A program made the translations under genes and the position numbers. The notes under the pieces were generated by a model that made no database searches, was not told the DNA's origin, and was given only the letters and a program-made list of their open reading frames with translations. Shown here one piece after another: positions 12,261 through 27,770 of a stretch of 64,000 nt of DNA. Position 1 is the stretch's first letter; each line of letters opens with the position of its first letter. Source of the stretch: Terriglobia bacterium (GTDB lineage: Bacteria; Acidobacteriota; Terriglobia; JAJPHL01; JAPKYU01). The stretch is taken from positions 672,001-736,000 of the forward strand of contig CBDBKE010000002.1 in NCBI GenBank assembly GCA_965206645.1, written 5' to 3'.

Positions 12261-13307
12261 GTGACGGTAAGGCAACCTGCCAGATTGGGAACCCTAACCC
12301 TTCTGGCACTGGCCGCGCTGCTGTGCGGATGTGGGACACGGCCCTCCGGCCAGCACGTGCTCGCCGAGGTGAACGGCGCCCCGATCCTGGCGGCCGAAGT
12401 GGAAAAGTTCTACCAGATCCAACTGCTGGAAGTTGACCAGAAGCCCTCCGCCGAACAGGAGCAGATCCAGCGCCTGCTGATCCTGCGCACCTTGATCGAC
12501 AACGAGATCCTGCTGCAGCGCGCCGAACGGATGGACCTGCTGGCCAGCGACGCGGAAGTGGAAAGCGCGTTCGCTGAACGCGGGAGGCCGTACTCGGAGG
12601 AGGAATTCCAGTCACGACTCAAGCAACGCGGCCTGACCGTGGAAGATCTGGAAAATGACCTGCGCCGCCAATTGAGCCTGGAGAAGGTGTTCAATAAAGA
12701 GATTCGCTCCAAGATCCGGGTGCCCAACGCAGAGATTGACAGCTTCTACGAGGAGAACAAAGCCAGCTTCAACGTGCCGGAGACGCGATTCCACGTGGCC
12801 CAAATCGTGGTGACGCCAGCTGCCGACGTCCCGGTGGCTAATCTGAGAAACGACAAGGCCCGAGGAGAGGAGCAGGCGCGCCAGAAAGCGGAGCGCATCG
12901 CCGCAAGCCTGAGCGCCGGGAAGGACTTCGCCCGCCTGGCCCAAGAGTTTTCCGAGGACACCAACACCGCCCGTAACAACGGCGACCTGGGGTTCATCCC
13001 GGCTTCCGCGCTGGAAAAGGCTGACCCGCAGCTCCGACAGGCCATATTTTCCTTGCAGCCAGGGCAAATCTCCGGTGTCGTCCGCACGCGCGATGCGTAC
13101 TACATCCTGAAGCTGCTGGATCGTCAGGCTCCCGGCCAGCGCCAACTCTCCGACCCGGAGGTCCAGCAAAACATTCGCAAAGCGCTGGCCAACCGTAAAG
13201 GCCAAGTACTGCGCGAGGCCTACATGGAAATCGCACGAAACCAATCGAAGGTCGTGAACTACTTAGCGCGTCAGCTTATGGAAGCGTCGGGTGCGGCGCA
13301 AGAATGA
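12261..13307 (+). CDS. SurA/PrsA-like parvulin peptidyl-prolyl isomerase (lipoprotein)
   Basis: Lipobox-like LLCGC, AEVNG, SurA N-domain, DFARLAQEFSED...NGDLGFI rotamase motif. Confidence 0.92.
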   Translation: MTVRQPARLGTLTLLALAALLCGCGTRPSGQHVLAEVNGAPILAAEVEKFYQIQLLEVDQKPSAEQEQIQRLLILRTLIDNEILLQRAERMDLLASDAEVESAFAERGRPYSEEEFQSRLKQRGLTVEDLENDLRRQLSLEKVFNKEIRSKIRVPNAEIDSFYEENKASFNVPETRFHVAQIVVTPAADVPVANLRNDKARGEEQARQKAERIAASLSAGKDFARLAQEFSEDTNTARNNGDLGFIPASALEKADPQLRQAIFSLQPGQISGVVRTRDAYYILKLLDRQAPGQRQLSDPEVQQNIRKALANRKGQVLREAYMEIARNQSKVVNYLARQLMEASGAAQE

Positions 13308-13321
13308 CGATTCGTTTCTGC

Positions 13322-13822
13322 TCATTCCACCACAGCTAAAGGCTGCCCTGCGTGGACGGTGGCGCCCGCGCGCGCCAAAATCTGCGTGACTACGCCCGCT
13401 TTGGGGGAGCGGACCTCGTTCTGCATCTTCATCGCCTCCACCATCAACAAACCTTGACCTGCCACCACCGTCTGCTGCTCCTCGACGAGTAGGCGCACCA
13501 CCTTGCCGGGCATGGGGGAGCTGATCTCCTGGCTTCCTTCCACGTGGCCGAGGGCGCTGGCGCGCCGCCACTGGCGCGGATCGCGAAGTCCCACACGGTA
13601 GGGTTCGGGCTGCCCGACGATGTAGACCTGGAGTTGCCCGCCAATCTCCTCCACCTTGACCTGGAAGCTACGCCCGCGGCAAAGGATCGAGTAGACTCCC
13701 GGCTCGACTTCCACGGCGTCGGCCTCCAGCGGCTCGCCGTCCACCGCCAAGCAGAGGCTGCCCTGGCGAGTTTCGATTTCCACCACGCGGTTCCGTCCTT
13801 CCATCTCGACAAAGAACTTCAT
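13322..13822 (-). CDS. Biotin carboxyl carrier subunit (acyl-CoA carboxylase)
   Basis: SPMPGKV...VEAMKMQNEVRSP biotinylation motif. Confidence 0.93.
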   Translation of the reverse strand: MKFFVEMEGRNRVVEIETRQGSLCLAVDGEPLEADAVEVEPGVYSILCRGRSFQVKVEEIGGQLQVYIVGQPEPYRVGLRDPRQWRRASALGHVEGSQEISSPMPGKVVRLLVEEQQTVVAGQGLLMVEAMKMQNEVRSPKAGVVTQILARAGATVHAGQPLAVVE

Positions 13823-14062
13823 CGGCAGCGGCAAGAGCATATCGCATTTGCTTGCGCCGTTGTGGGCTTGCTGTCGTCGGACAGCTGAGATCGGTTTAGC
13901 AAAACATTCTACTCAGAAAATGTTTATTCTCTGGCACCCGATGAGCTTCGAAAACGCAGAGGCGTGGAAGCGTTGAAAACAAGCAACTTCCAGGCCTCCC
14001 GGAAGACAGCTAACTAACTGATTCTTTAAATAGTTATGCTTGTAAAACAGCCACAGTTCTGA

Positions 14063-16666
<2,604 letters not shown>

Positions 16667-16747
16667 GCTGCTCCGACCCGAATCGAGATCAACCGAGAGC
16701 TGTGGAAGCAAAACGTACTGACGCGGATGAGGTGAAGAGACTTTTCC

Positions 16748-19294
<2,547 letters not shown>

Positions 19295-19420
19295 CCCTCC
19301 CGTTCGGTTTCCCAGGCTAAAGAACAGGCGAAAGGCCATACTGGGGAAAGTTGTCGGCAACGACCCCTTGTCGTGAGGCTGGATTAAGCAAGTGGGCGCG
19401 AAGGCAGCTAGAGACCAGGG

Positions 19421-21508
19421 TTATTGACCGGCGGCCACGGGCTCGGCGAGGGGGACGACGGGTGCCAACGGGCTGACAAACAGGCCATGGGATTCGGAGG
19501 CCAGCAGCAGTTGTAAGTGATCCGGCGAGCGGTTGCGTGGCAGAATTTCCAGGCTCCCCAGACGCTTGCCAACTAACCCGGTCCGCCCTAAAGGGTGAAA
19601 GCTGTCGCCTCCGTCGCGGGAAATGTAGACCCGGCCCGTAACGCGTGAGGTGGCATACACCTCTTGCGGGTTGGCAGGGTGCAGGCGCACGGAGGAAACG
19701 GCGCCATAGGGCAACCCCTGACCTTTCTTCTGCCAGTTGGCACCGGAGTCTCCCGAGAGAAACAGACCAAAGCCGGTGGCCGCCAGGATGCGTTTGCCGT
19801 GGAGTGCCAAGGCATTCACATGCACGAGATCAATTCCCACGGGCAGGTAGATGTGGAACCAGTGGCGGCCGCCGGTGAACGACACGTCCAGTCCGGTTTG
19901 TGTGCCGGCCACGAGGAAGTCGCCTTCGGCGGCGATGGCGGTGGCGCTTAACTTGGGGGAGACAGCCTCCCAGGTGCTTCCCGCATCGGTGGATTTAAAC
20001 ACGCCGGCACTGGTCGCCGCGTAGAGGGGCTGGCCGGGCGCGCCCTGGAAGAAATCATGGACGGCAGCCTTCAGCGGCAAGTTCACGCGCAGCCGACGGG
20101 CCTGTCGGTCGCGGCGGGTGGGAGGTGGCCGCCAACCCGCCACCACACGCCCTACGGGTAACCACAGGTTGGCCGCCAGGTCGAGCGCCGCAACGCCGTT
20201 TGGCAGCCCGGCCAGCAGCCGCCCGCCTTCCGCTGTGCGGACGTACACCAGCGCCGAGACGTCCCGCTCTTCCAGCCCGGCCTGAAGCTGCCGCCAGAGA
20301 CCTCCGGCCTCGCTAAAGAAGACACCGCCATATTGCCGGTCGTGGACCACGGCCACGTACAGCCGCCCACTGTCCGGATCGAAGGCGGTCGCCGAGACGC
20401 GTCTGTGGGAGAACCCCTGATTGGAAGCGCGAAAGGTCTTCCCGCTATCGAAAGATTCCAACACTCCGGCGCGCTCGGCGCCCAGCAACAGGTGAGCAGG
20501 GTCCCGAGGGTCGACCAGGATGTCGTTGATCGCCAGGCGGGAGGAAGTCATACGCTGCCAGCCGCGCCCTCCCGACTCGGTCTTCCACAAGCCTTCGGTG
20601 GTGCCGGCGTAGAGCACCGCTGGGTTTCTCGGATCCTGCCGCAGCACGCGGGTCCGGCGCGCTGAATAGGGAATGCCCTGGATCTTCCGCCACGCCGCGC
20701 CGGCCGAATCCGTCCGGTAGATGCCCGAACAGGCTGAAGCAAACACCCTGCGGGGATTACTCCAGTCGATCATGATGCTGAAGATATCCGAATCGTCAAT
20801 GATGCCGGTTTTAATCGAGCGCCAGATTCGGCCGCCGTCGGTGGTTTTCCAGGGCAGGTGCCAGGTGCCGGCGTAGATCACCTGTGGGTCATTCGGATCC
20901 AGCGCCAGCGACTCAATGTTGCGGATTTCCTGATGATAGGGAGGTGAAATGCGCTCCCAGGACTGGCCGGCGTTCTCGCTGCGAAAGACGCCGTCCAAGG
21001 TTCCGGCCACCAGCAGTCGCGGCTGATGGCGGGCCTGGGCTACAGCGCGCACAGTTTGGCCAGCCATGTCGCTCAGCGCGCGCCAGGAGCGGCCCCTGTC
21101 GGTACTCTTGAACACGCCCCCACCGCCGTTGACCCGAGACCGCCATGCGCCCACATACATCACCTTCGGGTCGGCGGCATCCACCAGGATGTCGTCCACC
21201 ACGTAGCCCGCACGGGGTGCGACCTGGGACCACCAGACCCAGGAGCGCCCGGCGTTGGTGGACGCGTAGATTTGTCCATTGCTGGTTCCCAGGAAGAGCC
21301 GCGAGAGATCGGCGGGGTCGGCGGCCAGCGTGCGCACGTCGCCACCGTAAGGGCCAATATGTCTCCACTGGGCCGCCCCGGAGGCCGGCAACAGCAGCAC
21401 TAGCAACACCGAACAGGCAGCGGGGGATCGCAATGTGGACCTCTGAAACGAGTAAATATAACAGAACCGGGGTGAGCGGCACCCGCCACGGCGAGGGGCC
21501 ACCCCCAC
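19421..21508 (-). CDS. BNR/Asp-box repeat beta-propeller protein (VPS10/glycosyl hydrolase-like)
   Basis: Many S/TxDxGxxW repeats and a signal peptide ending in AAQW. True start probably somewhat downstream of 21508. Confidence 0.85.
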   Translation of the reverse strand: MGVAPRRGGCRSPRFCYIYSFQRSTLRSPAACSVLLVLLLPASGAAQWRHIGPYGGDVRTLAADPADLSRLFLGTSNGQIYASTNAGRSWVWWSQVAPRAGYVVDDILVDAADPKVMYVGAWRSRVNGGGGVFKSTDRGRSWRALSDMAGQTVRAVAQARHQPRLLVAGTLDGVFRSENAGQSWERISPPYHQEIRNIESLALDPNDPQVIYAGTWHLPWKTTDGGRIWRSIKTGIIDDSDIFSIMIDWSNPRRVFASACSGIYRTDSAGAAWRKIQGIPYSARRTRVLRQDPRNPAVLYAGTTEGLWKTESGGRGWQRMTSSRLAINDILVDPRDPAHLLLGAERAGVLESFDSGKTFRASNQGFSHRRVSATAFDPDSGRLYVAVVHDRQYGGVFFSEAGGLWRQLQAGLEERDVSALVYVRTAEGGRLLAGLPNGVAALDLAANLWLPVGRVVAGWRPPPTRRDRQARRLRVNLPLKAAVHDFFQGAPGQPLYAATSAGVFKSTDAGSTWEAVSPKLSATAIAAEGDFLVAGTQTGLDVSFTGGRHWFHIYLPVGIDLVHVNALALHGKRILAATGFGLFLSGDSGANWQKKGQGLPYGAVSSVRLHPANPQEVYATSRVTGRVYISRDGGDSFHPLGRTGLVGKRLGSLEILPRNRSPDHLQLLLASESHGLFVSPLAPVVPLAEPVAAGQ

Positions 21509-21553
21509 CGTGGCTATGCCATCAGCATTCGTCGTGGGACTGGCGGGTGGGCC

Positions 21554-22546
21554 CTACCTGCGCCGGCGCTGCTTTGCAGGTTGTTCCGGCGCCGCTTTCC
21601 CGGGCACATCGGCCAAGCTGGCACCCTGTGGCACCAGCCAGATTTGCACCTTGGCGGCGTCTTCGGTACTGACGCGCACCTGGATCCGGGCAGCGGCAAT
21701 GCCCTTCTCGGTCACCAGGTAGGCTTTGACGTTGCTGGCCCGCTGTGCGGCCAAATTGCGTCGCTTCTCCTGAGAGGTCTGATCGCCGACCAGCACCGCC
21801 TGACTCCCTGGCTCGCTTTGCAGGCGCAGGGCCGCGTCGTCCAGGATGGCTTTGCAAACGTTGTCCACCCGCGGCGAATTCCGCCGGAAGGCACACTCGC
21901 TCAGCATGGCCGGCTCGGGCGGAGGCGGCGGTTCTTGGACATCGACGGTAACCGCGCAGTCGGCGCTCAGCCCGCGGTCGTCGCTGACTCGCACCGTCGC
22001 GGTGTAAGTCCCAGTCGGCAAACCACTGGTGTCCCAGCGGACCGCGGCGCCGCCACCTTCAATCTGCCCGTCCAACACTGTCCAGTCGTAGCTCAGCGGA
22101 CGGTTGTCGGGGCTGGAGGCGGTGGCCTGCAAGTTCACCACTTCCCCGGTGTTGACCGAGGTTTCGTCGCCCGAACAGGTGACGATAGGCGGCTTAGGAG
22201 GAGGAGGCGCTTCCACCGTGATCTGAACCGTGCAGTCGGCGAAGCCACCCCGCCCATCGTCGGCGCGCACCGTAGCCGTGTAGGTTCCCAGCGTCACGCC
22301 GGTGGTATCGAGCTTCACCGTGGGCCCGCTACCCTCGATGAGCCCGGCGGTGGTGCCCCAGACGGAGGTCAGCGTGCCGCCGCTGCTCGTAGAGGCCGTA
22401 GAGCTCAGCGTTATGGGCGCGCCGATATACACCTTGGCCGGCTCGGCTTTGCATCTCAAGCTAGGCGTGCCCTGCGCCAGAACCATCGGCGAACTCAGCA
22501 AGACAACAAGACACAGGCACAGAAGCCGGAAACCTGCTGGTGTCAT
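21554..22546 (-). CDS. Exported protein with two Ig/PKD-like repeats and an OmpA-like C-terminal domain
   Basis: Signal peptide, duplicated GTYTATVR..DD.G..ADC units, Pro linkers, LAAQRASNVKAYLV..GI...RI motif. RBS GAGGAGG. Confidence 0.85.
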   Translation of the reverse strand: MTPAGFRLLCLCLVVLLSSPMVLAQGTPSLRCKAEPAKVYIGAPITLSSTASTSSGGTLTSVWGTTAGLIEGSGPTVKLDTTGVTLGTYTATVRADDGRGGFADCTVQITVEAPPPPKPPIVTCSGDETSVNTGEVVNLQATASSPDNRPLSYDWTVLDGQIEGGGAAVRWDTSGLPTGTYTATVRVSDDRGLSADCAVTVDVQEPPPPPEPAMLSECAFRRNSPRVDNVCKAILDDAALRLQSEPGSQAVLVGDQTSQEKRRNLAAQRASNVKAYLVTEKGIAAARIQVRVSTEDAAKVQIWLVPQGASLADVPGKAAPEQPAKQRRRR

Positions 22547-22810
22547 TTTTTGAAACCTCCTCAAGCGTGCCTGCTCTCCATGCAGCGAAAGTAACCGCTC
22601 GGCCTCCCGACTGATACTGCTACACTTCGTCGGTAGGCTCGAACCAGAATAGGCCCTTCCGCCCTGCTGGCAAACAAGATTCAGGCCCCGAAGTTTCATT
22701 TTCGATACGGGCCGATTCGAGCCCATTTTCCTGCCTTGTGCGGGTTTTCCCTTTGCCAGTATACTTTTAGCTTCCATCACCCGCTTTGGCGGCTCCGGGA
22801 GGGCCTGCAC

Positions 22811-23620
22811 ATGAAAAATCCCGTGCGCACGGAAAAGAGCGCACCCCCCTTGACCATCCCCACCGTGGTTGTCGACGACGAGCAACTGGCACGCGAAGAA
22901 CTGGCTTACCTGCTCAAAGCGCACCCGGAAATTGAGGTGGTGGCCCAGGGGCAGAACGGGCTGGAGGCCGTCAAGCTGATTCGGGAATACGAGCCGGACG
23001 TGCTGTTTCTCGACGTGCAAATGCCCGGTCTGGACGGCTTCGGCGTCATTAAGGAGCTGATTACCAAGAAAGCGAAACTCCCGCATATTATCTTTGCGAC
23101 CGCCTACGACCAGTACGCCGTGCAGGCGTTTGAAGTCAACGCGGTGGACTATCTGCTGAAGCCTTTCGATAAAGCGCGCCTGGCCCGCGCCGTCGAACGC
23201 GCCCGGGCACGCCTGGAAACCCAGGCGGCCCCGGCCGAGCGGCTCCAGGCCCTGCTGCACAGCGTTCAAGCTCGCGCTTCCCAGCCGACCAAGTTGCTGG
23301 TGAAGGCGCAAAACCGGCTATTTCTGGTCGACTCCAGCTCGGTCATTTACACCACCATCGAGGATGGCCTGATCACGGTGGTGACTCAAAACCTGGAAGG
23401 CTTCTCCAACTACCGCACGATCGAAGACTTGCAGGAGGCGCTGGATCCCAACATCTTCTGGCGGGTGCATCGCTCCTACCTGGTCAACATCAACAAGATC
23501 AAAGAGGTCGTGCCCTGGTTCAAGAGCAGCTACATGTTGCGGATGGACGACCGCAAGCAGACCGAGATTCCGGTCAGCCGAGCCCAAACCAAACGCCTGC
23601 GAGAACTGCTGAAGCTGTAG
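22811..23620 (+). CDS. LytTR-family response regulator
   Basis: VVDDE, FLDVQMPGLDG, DYLLKP, FWRVHRSYLVN, IPVSR. Confidence 0.95.
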   Translation: MKNPVRTEKSAPPLTIPTVVVDDEQLAREELAYLLKAHPEIEVVAQGQNGLEAVKLIREYEPDVLFLDVQMPGLDGFGVIKELITKKAKLPHIIFATAYDQYAVQAFEVNAVDYLLKPFDKARLARAVERARARLETQAAPAERLQALLHSVQARASQPTKLLVKAQNRLFLVDSSSVIYTTIEDGLITVVTQNLEGFSNYRTIEDLQEALDPNIFWRVHRSYLVNINKIKEVVPWFKSSYMLRMDDRKQTEIPVSRAQTKRLRELLKL

Positions 23621-23733
23621 CCGGGTCCGGGCTCCCCGGGTCAATCCCTGAGGTTCACGAGCTGCTTGGCTCACAGTGGTTCCCCAGGGCTTCCAACCAG
23701 CAACCCCTAGTGTCTCGCTACAAAAGTTCATGG

Positions 23734-23799
23734 CCACTCGCTCACGCTCGTGGCTCGGAAGCGCGTTGAAAATACAGAGCCGCGCGCGTCAGCAAGCGG
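23734..23799. repeat. REP-like palindromic element
   Basis: Arms CCACTCGCTCACGCTCGTGGCTC and GAGCCGCGCGCGTCAGCAAGCGG. Confidence 0.6.
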
Positions 23800-23809
23800 T
23801 CCCACAGCA

Positions 23810-23911
23810 TGTCATTTCCGCGGGACGACGCCCTGCGTTGGCCCGCGAAATCTGGCGTCCGGCAAGCAATTGCGGCTGAAAAGCAGATCCCTCGCTCTGC
23901 TCGGAATGACA
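23810..23911. repeat. MITE/REP-like element bounded by TGTCATT...AATGACA
   Basis: Terminal inverted repeats. The right arm GATCCCTCGCTCTGCTCGGAATGACA has a related inverted half-copy at 12142-12167. Confidence 0.65.
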
Positions 23912-24015
23912 AGAGCCACTCTTTCAGCATCCTTGCTATCAGCGTCCCTATTAGTAGGGGTTGAACTGGACCCGCGTACCCTGGACTATAATTGAGGTCG
24001 GCGGGAGCCTTACCG

Positions 24016-24816
24016 ATGAGCTTGTTCTGGCTGCGTGTATCTCTGGTGCTGTACTCGCTGGGTCTGGCGCATGCGCTGCTGACCGTCTTGACTCGCCGGG
24101 CCAAGCTGTTCCGCTTTGCACTGGGCGCCATCTTGCTTGGCACCGTCTTCCACCTGGTTTCCCTGGTGGAAGAGGCCGCGGCGATCGGGCATTTCCCGGC
24201 GACCAACTTTCACCAGTCGGTCTCCTTGCTGGCCTTCTCCATCACCTGCGCGTTCCTTCTGGCGTACTGGCGCTACCGATTCGAGGCCTTGAGTGTGTTC
24301 ACGTTCCCGCTCGTGTTCATGCTGACGCTTTCCGCCACGCTAGTCAGCTCGCCGAGGCTGGAGAACCCGGTGTTGCGCAGCGGCTGGCTGTATGTGCATG
24401 TCCTGTTGCTGTTTGCCGGCTCTGCCCTTCTGTTCGTGACCTTCGTGGCCGGGCTGATGTACTTGCTCCAGGAGCGCGAACTGAAATCCAAGAAGCCCCG
24501 GGCCCTGTCCCAGCGCCTCCCGCCGCTGGAGCAACTGGATGACCTGGGCCACAAGACCCTGGCGCTGGGCTTCCCCTTCATGACGCTGGGGATCGTTAGC
24601 GGGGCGCTCTGGGCCGCCGCCGAATGGGGTAGCGGCTGGCAGCTAGACCCCAAGGTGACGCTGTCCTTTGTCACTTGGTTGATCTACCTGGCCCTGATTT
24701 TCACCCGCTGGACGGCCGGTTGGCGCGGGCGCAAGGCAGCCTACTTCGCCATCGTCGGCTTTCTGGCCACCGTGGTGACCTGGAGCGCCGAGAGCGGACT
24801 GCACTCATTCCGGTAA
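24016..24816 (+). CDS. ccsA: Cytochrome c assembly protein CcsA/HemX-like
   Basis: Multi-TM protein with WLYVH, YLLQERELK, GALWA...W..DPK motifs. TATAAT at 23987-23992. Confidence 0.88.
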   Translation: MSLFWLRVSLVLYSLGLAHALLTVLTRRAKLFRFALGAILLGTVFHLVSLVEEAAAIGHFPATNFHQSVSLLAFSITCAFLLAYWRYRFEALSVFTFPLVFMLTLSATLVSSPRLENPVLRSGWLYVHVLLLFAGSALLFVTFVAGLMYLLQERELKSKKPRALSQRLPPLEQLDDLGHKTLALGFPFMTLGIVSGALWAAAEWGSGWQLDPKVTLSFVTWLIYLALIFTRWTAGWRGRKAAYFAIVGFLATVVTWSAESGLHSFR

Positions 24817-24820
24817 TACC

Positions 24821-26083
24821 ATGAACTTTACCCTGGTCGGGCTCAGCCACAAGACGGCGCCGGTGGAGATTCGGGAACGGCTGGCCATCCCTGAGTCAGC
24901 ACTACCACGGGCATTGGAGGCGCTGCGGCATTACGGCAGCGTGCGCGAGGGCCTGATCCTTTCCACCTGCAACCGTGTGGAGGTGTTTGCCCGTGGGGAA
25001 CCCTCCTCCGAGCTGGAGCACTCGCTGCACCGCTTCCTGGCCGACTACCACGGTCTGCCCTTCGCCAGCATCCACCCCTACCTCTACCACTACCGCGAGC
25101 GGGAGGCAATCCGCCACCTGTTCCGCGTTACCGCCAGCCTGGACTCGATGGTGGTCGGTGAGCCACAGATTCTGGGTCAGGTTAAGAGCGCTTACGCGGC
25201 GGCACACGCAGCCGGTACGGCCTCCGGCCTGCTGGAAGAAGTGATGAGCCGCGCCTTAAACGTGGCTAAGAAGATTCGCCACGAGACCGGGATCGGGCAG
25301 TCTACCGTCTCGATCAGCTATGCAGCCGTGGAGCTGGCCCGCAAGATCTTCGGCTCGCTGGAAGCCAAGACCGTGCTGGTGATTGGCGCTGGCGAGATGT
25401 CGGAACTGGCCGCCCGGCACCTGATGAGCAGCGGAGCTGCCACCCTGTTCCTCACCAACCGCAGTTTCGACCGGACGGTCGAAATGGCGGCGCTGTTGGG
25501 GGGCCGGGCCGTGCCCTTCGAAGAGCTGTTCGAGACGATGTCCCAGGCCGATATCGTGATCAGTTCCACTGCGGCGCCGCATTTCATTTTGCAGAAGAGC
25601 GACGGCCCGCGCCTGATGGCCAAGCGCAAGAACCGGCCGATGTTCTTCATCGACATCGCGGTACCACGTGATATTGATCCGGAACTGAACAAGATTGACA
25701 ACATCTTCCTCTACGACATTGATGACCTGGGACAGGTGGTCGAATCCAACCGGCGGGAGCGCCAGCGCGAAGCCGACCGCGGCGAGGAACTGATTGAGCA
25801 CGAGGTAGACCGCTTCCTGGCCCACGTCAGGTCCCTGGAGGTCGTGCCCACCATCGTTTCCTTGCAGGCGCGTCTGGAAGAAATCCGGCGCGGGGAGGTG
25901 GAACGGTTACGCGGCAAGCTGGGGCCGCTGTCCCCAGAGCAGGAGCAGGCGTTGGATGCGCTGACCCGCGGCATCATCAACAAGATCCTGCACGAGCCAA
26001 TGACCCAGTTGAAATCGGCGGCCCAGCAACCCGATAGTCTCCGGATCCTGGACATCGTGCGAAAAGTCTTCAACCTGAAATGA
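24821..26083 (+). CDS. hemA: Glutamyl-tRNA reductase
   Basis: GLSHKTAPVEIRE, LSTCNRVE, SLDSMVVGEPQILGQVK, GAGEM, DIAVPRD. Confidence 0.98.
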   Translation: MNFTLVGLSHKTAPVEIRERLAIPESALPRALEALRHYGSVREGLILSTCNRVEVFARGEPSSELEHSLHRFLADYHGLPFASIHPYLYHYREREAIRHLFRVTASLDSMVVGEPQILGQVKSAYAAAHAAGTASGLLEEVMSRALNVAKKIRHETGIGQSTVSISYAAVELARKIFGSLEAKTVLVIGAGEMSELAARHLMSSGAATLFLTNRSFDRTVEMAALLGGRAVPFEELFETMSQADIVISSTAAPHFILQKSDGPRLMAKRKNRPMFFIDIAVPRDIDPELNKIDNIFLYDIDDLGQVVESNRRERQREADRGEELIEHEVDRFLAHVRSLEVVPTIVSLQARLEEIRRGEVERLRGKLGPLSPEQEQALDALTRGIINKILHEPMTQLKSAAQQPDSLRILDIVRKVFNLK

Positions 26084-27024
26084 GCCCTCCCCGCCTGGTG
26101 ATCGGCAGCCGTGGCTCCCGCCTTGCGTTGTGGCAGGCACAGTGGGTCAGAGATGAACTGGCGCGCCACGGCCGCGCGGCCGATATCGAAATCATCAAAA
26201 CCACCGGGGATCGCATCACCGACGTGTCGCTGGCCAAGGTCGGCACCAAGGGCCTGTTCACCAAGGAAATCGAAGAAGCGCTACTGGCCGGCCGGGTGGA
26301 CCTGGCCGTTCACAGCCTGAAAGACCTGCCGACGGAACTGCCGGCGGGACTACGGCTGGCGGCTGTTCCCCGTCGCGAGGACCTGCGCGACGTGCTGGTT
26401 TCGCGCGACGGGCGGCGCTTGGGCGAGCTGCCGGCTGGCACGCGGGTGGGCACCAGCAGCCTGCGCCGCGCGGCGCAGTTGCGCCACTCGAGGTCCAACC
26501 TGAAGGTCGAGCCCGTGCGAGGCAACCTCGATACGCGGCTGCGCAAGCTGGAGGAGGGCCAGTTTGCCGCGCTCGTGCTGGCTGCTGCCGGCCTGCGACG
26601 TCTTGGTTGGGAGGCTCGCATCACCGAATACCTGGAGCCGGAGGTGATGTGCCCGGCCATCGGGCAGGGGGCCTTGGGCATCGAAGCGCGCGCCGACGAT
26701 GCAGTTACCTTGGACGCCATGGCCCGGCTCAACGACCGTGCCGCTCGGCTGGAAACGGCAGCCGAACGCGCCCTGCTGGCCGGCTTGGGCGGCGGCTGCC
26801 AGGTGCCCTTCGGCGGTTTCGCGCGGCTGCAACCCGACGGCCGCCTGCTACTGCGTGGCGTAGTGGCCTCTCCCGATGGTAGCCGCCTGTTCCGCGCCGC
26901 CGGCGAAAGCAATGACCCGGAAGAACTCGGCGCGCGGCTTGCACAGCAACTGCTGCGCGACGGCGCCGACCGCATCCTGGCGGAAGTCTACGGCAGCCCG
27001 GTCCCCGCGGCGGAATCACCCTAG
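26080..27024 (+). CDS. hemC: Hydroxymethylbilane synthase
   Basis: GSRGSRLALWQ, AVHSLKD, GTSSLRR, RGNLDTR, GGCQVP. Confidence 0.98.
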   Translation: MSPPRLVIGSRGSRLALWQAQWVRDELARHGRAADIEIIKTTGDRITDVSLAKVGTKGLFTKEIEEALLAGRVDLAVHSLKDLPTELPAGLRLAAVPRREDLRDVLVSRDGRRLGELPAGTRVGTSSLRRAAQLRHSRSNLKVEPVRGNLDTRLRKLEEGQFAALVLAAAGLRRLGWEARITEYLEPEVMCPAIGQGALGIEARADDAVTLDAMARLNDRAARLETAAERALLAGLGGGCQVPFGGFARLQPDGRLLLRGVVASPDGSRLFRAAGESNDPEELGARLAQQLLRDGADRILAEVYGSPVPAAESP

Positions 27025-27185
27025 CGCGCCGCGCTCCGTGAGAGGTCACTCCCTCGCAGATGGAAAAGGCTTTTCCCAGCGCTCTGGGGGTCGGAGCGGG
27101 TTTTCACTCCGTTAATTTCTTGGGTGCCAGTTTCTGAGTAGGGACGGGCAAGAATGCCTGTCCGCACAGGTTGTTCAGCGGGTTG

Positions 27186-27761
27186 CTACGATTCGTATTG
27201 GAGGAGGCTAAGGACGGGGTAGCCTTCCAGTTTCTTGCGGCCGTTCAGGAAAAGCAGCTCCACCACAAACGCCAAGCCGACAATCTCGGCGCCCAGCGAG
27301 CGGGCCAGTTGCGCGCAGGCCGCAGCCGTGCCGCCGGTGGCCAGCAGGTCGTCGACGATCAGCACGCGCTGGCCGTCGGTGACGGCGTCTTTGTGGATCT
27401 CCAGCGTGTCTTTTCCATACTCCAGCTCGTAGGTGACGCTGGTGATCGCAGCCGGTAGCTTCTTGGGTTTGCGCACGGGAACAAAGCCGGCACCCAGGCG
27501 CTCAGCGACAGCCGCGGCGAAGATAAAGCCCCGCGCCTCAACCGCCAGAACTTGTTCAATTTTCTGTCCCTGGTAGGGCGCCGTCAGCGCGTCGAGCACC
27601 CGGCGCAGCCCCGCCGGGTCCTTCAGCAGAGTGGTGAGATCGTAGAACAAGATGCCGGGCTTGGGCCAATCCGGAACTTCGCGGATTAGCTGCTTCAGCT
27701 CTCCTAACGAGCCGGTATTTACTGCCGGCGACCCGGTATTCACTGTCGGCTTGGGCTGCAT
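27186..27761 (-). CDS. apt: Adenine phosphoribosyltransferase
   Basis: [34 protein letters not shown]. Confidence 0.97.
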   Translation of the reverse strand: MQPKPTVNTGSPAVNTGSLGELKQLIREVPDWPKPGILFYDLTTLLKDPAGLRRVLDALTAPYQGQKIEQVLAVEARGFIFAAAVAERLGAGFVPVRKPKKLPAAITSVTYELEYGKDTLEIHKDAVTDGQRVLIVDDLLATGGTAAACAQLARSLGAEIVGLAFVVELLFLNGRKKLEGYPVLSLLQYES

Positions 27762-27770
27762 GCTGTCTCC

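Noticed and set aside
22547-23311. 585-aa version of the Ig-OmpA ORF
   Set aside because: The extension is antisense to the LytTR gene. The RBS and signal peptide support a start at 22546.
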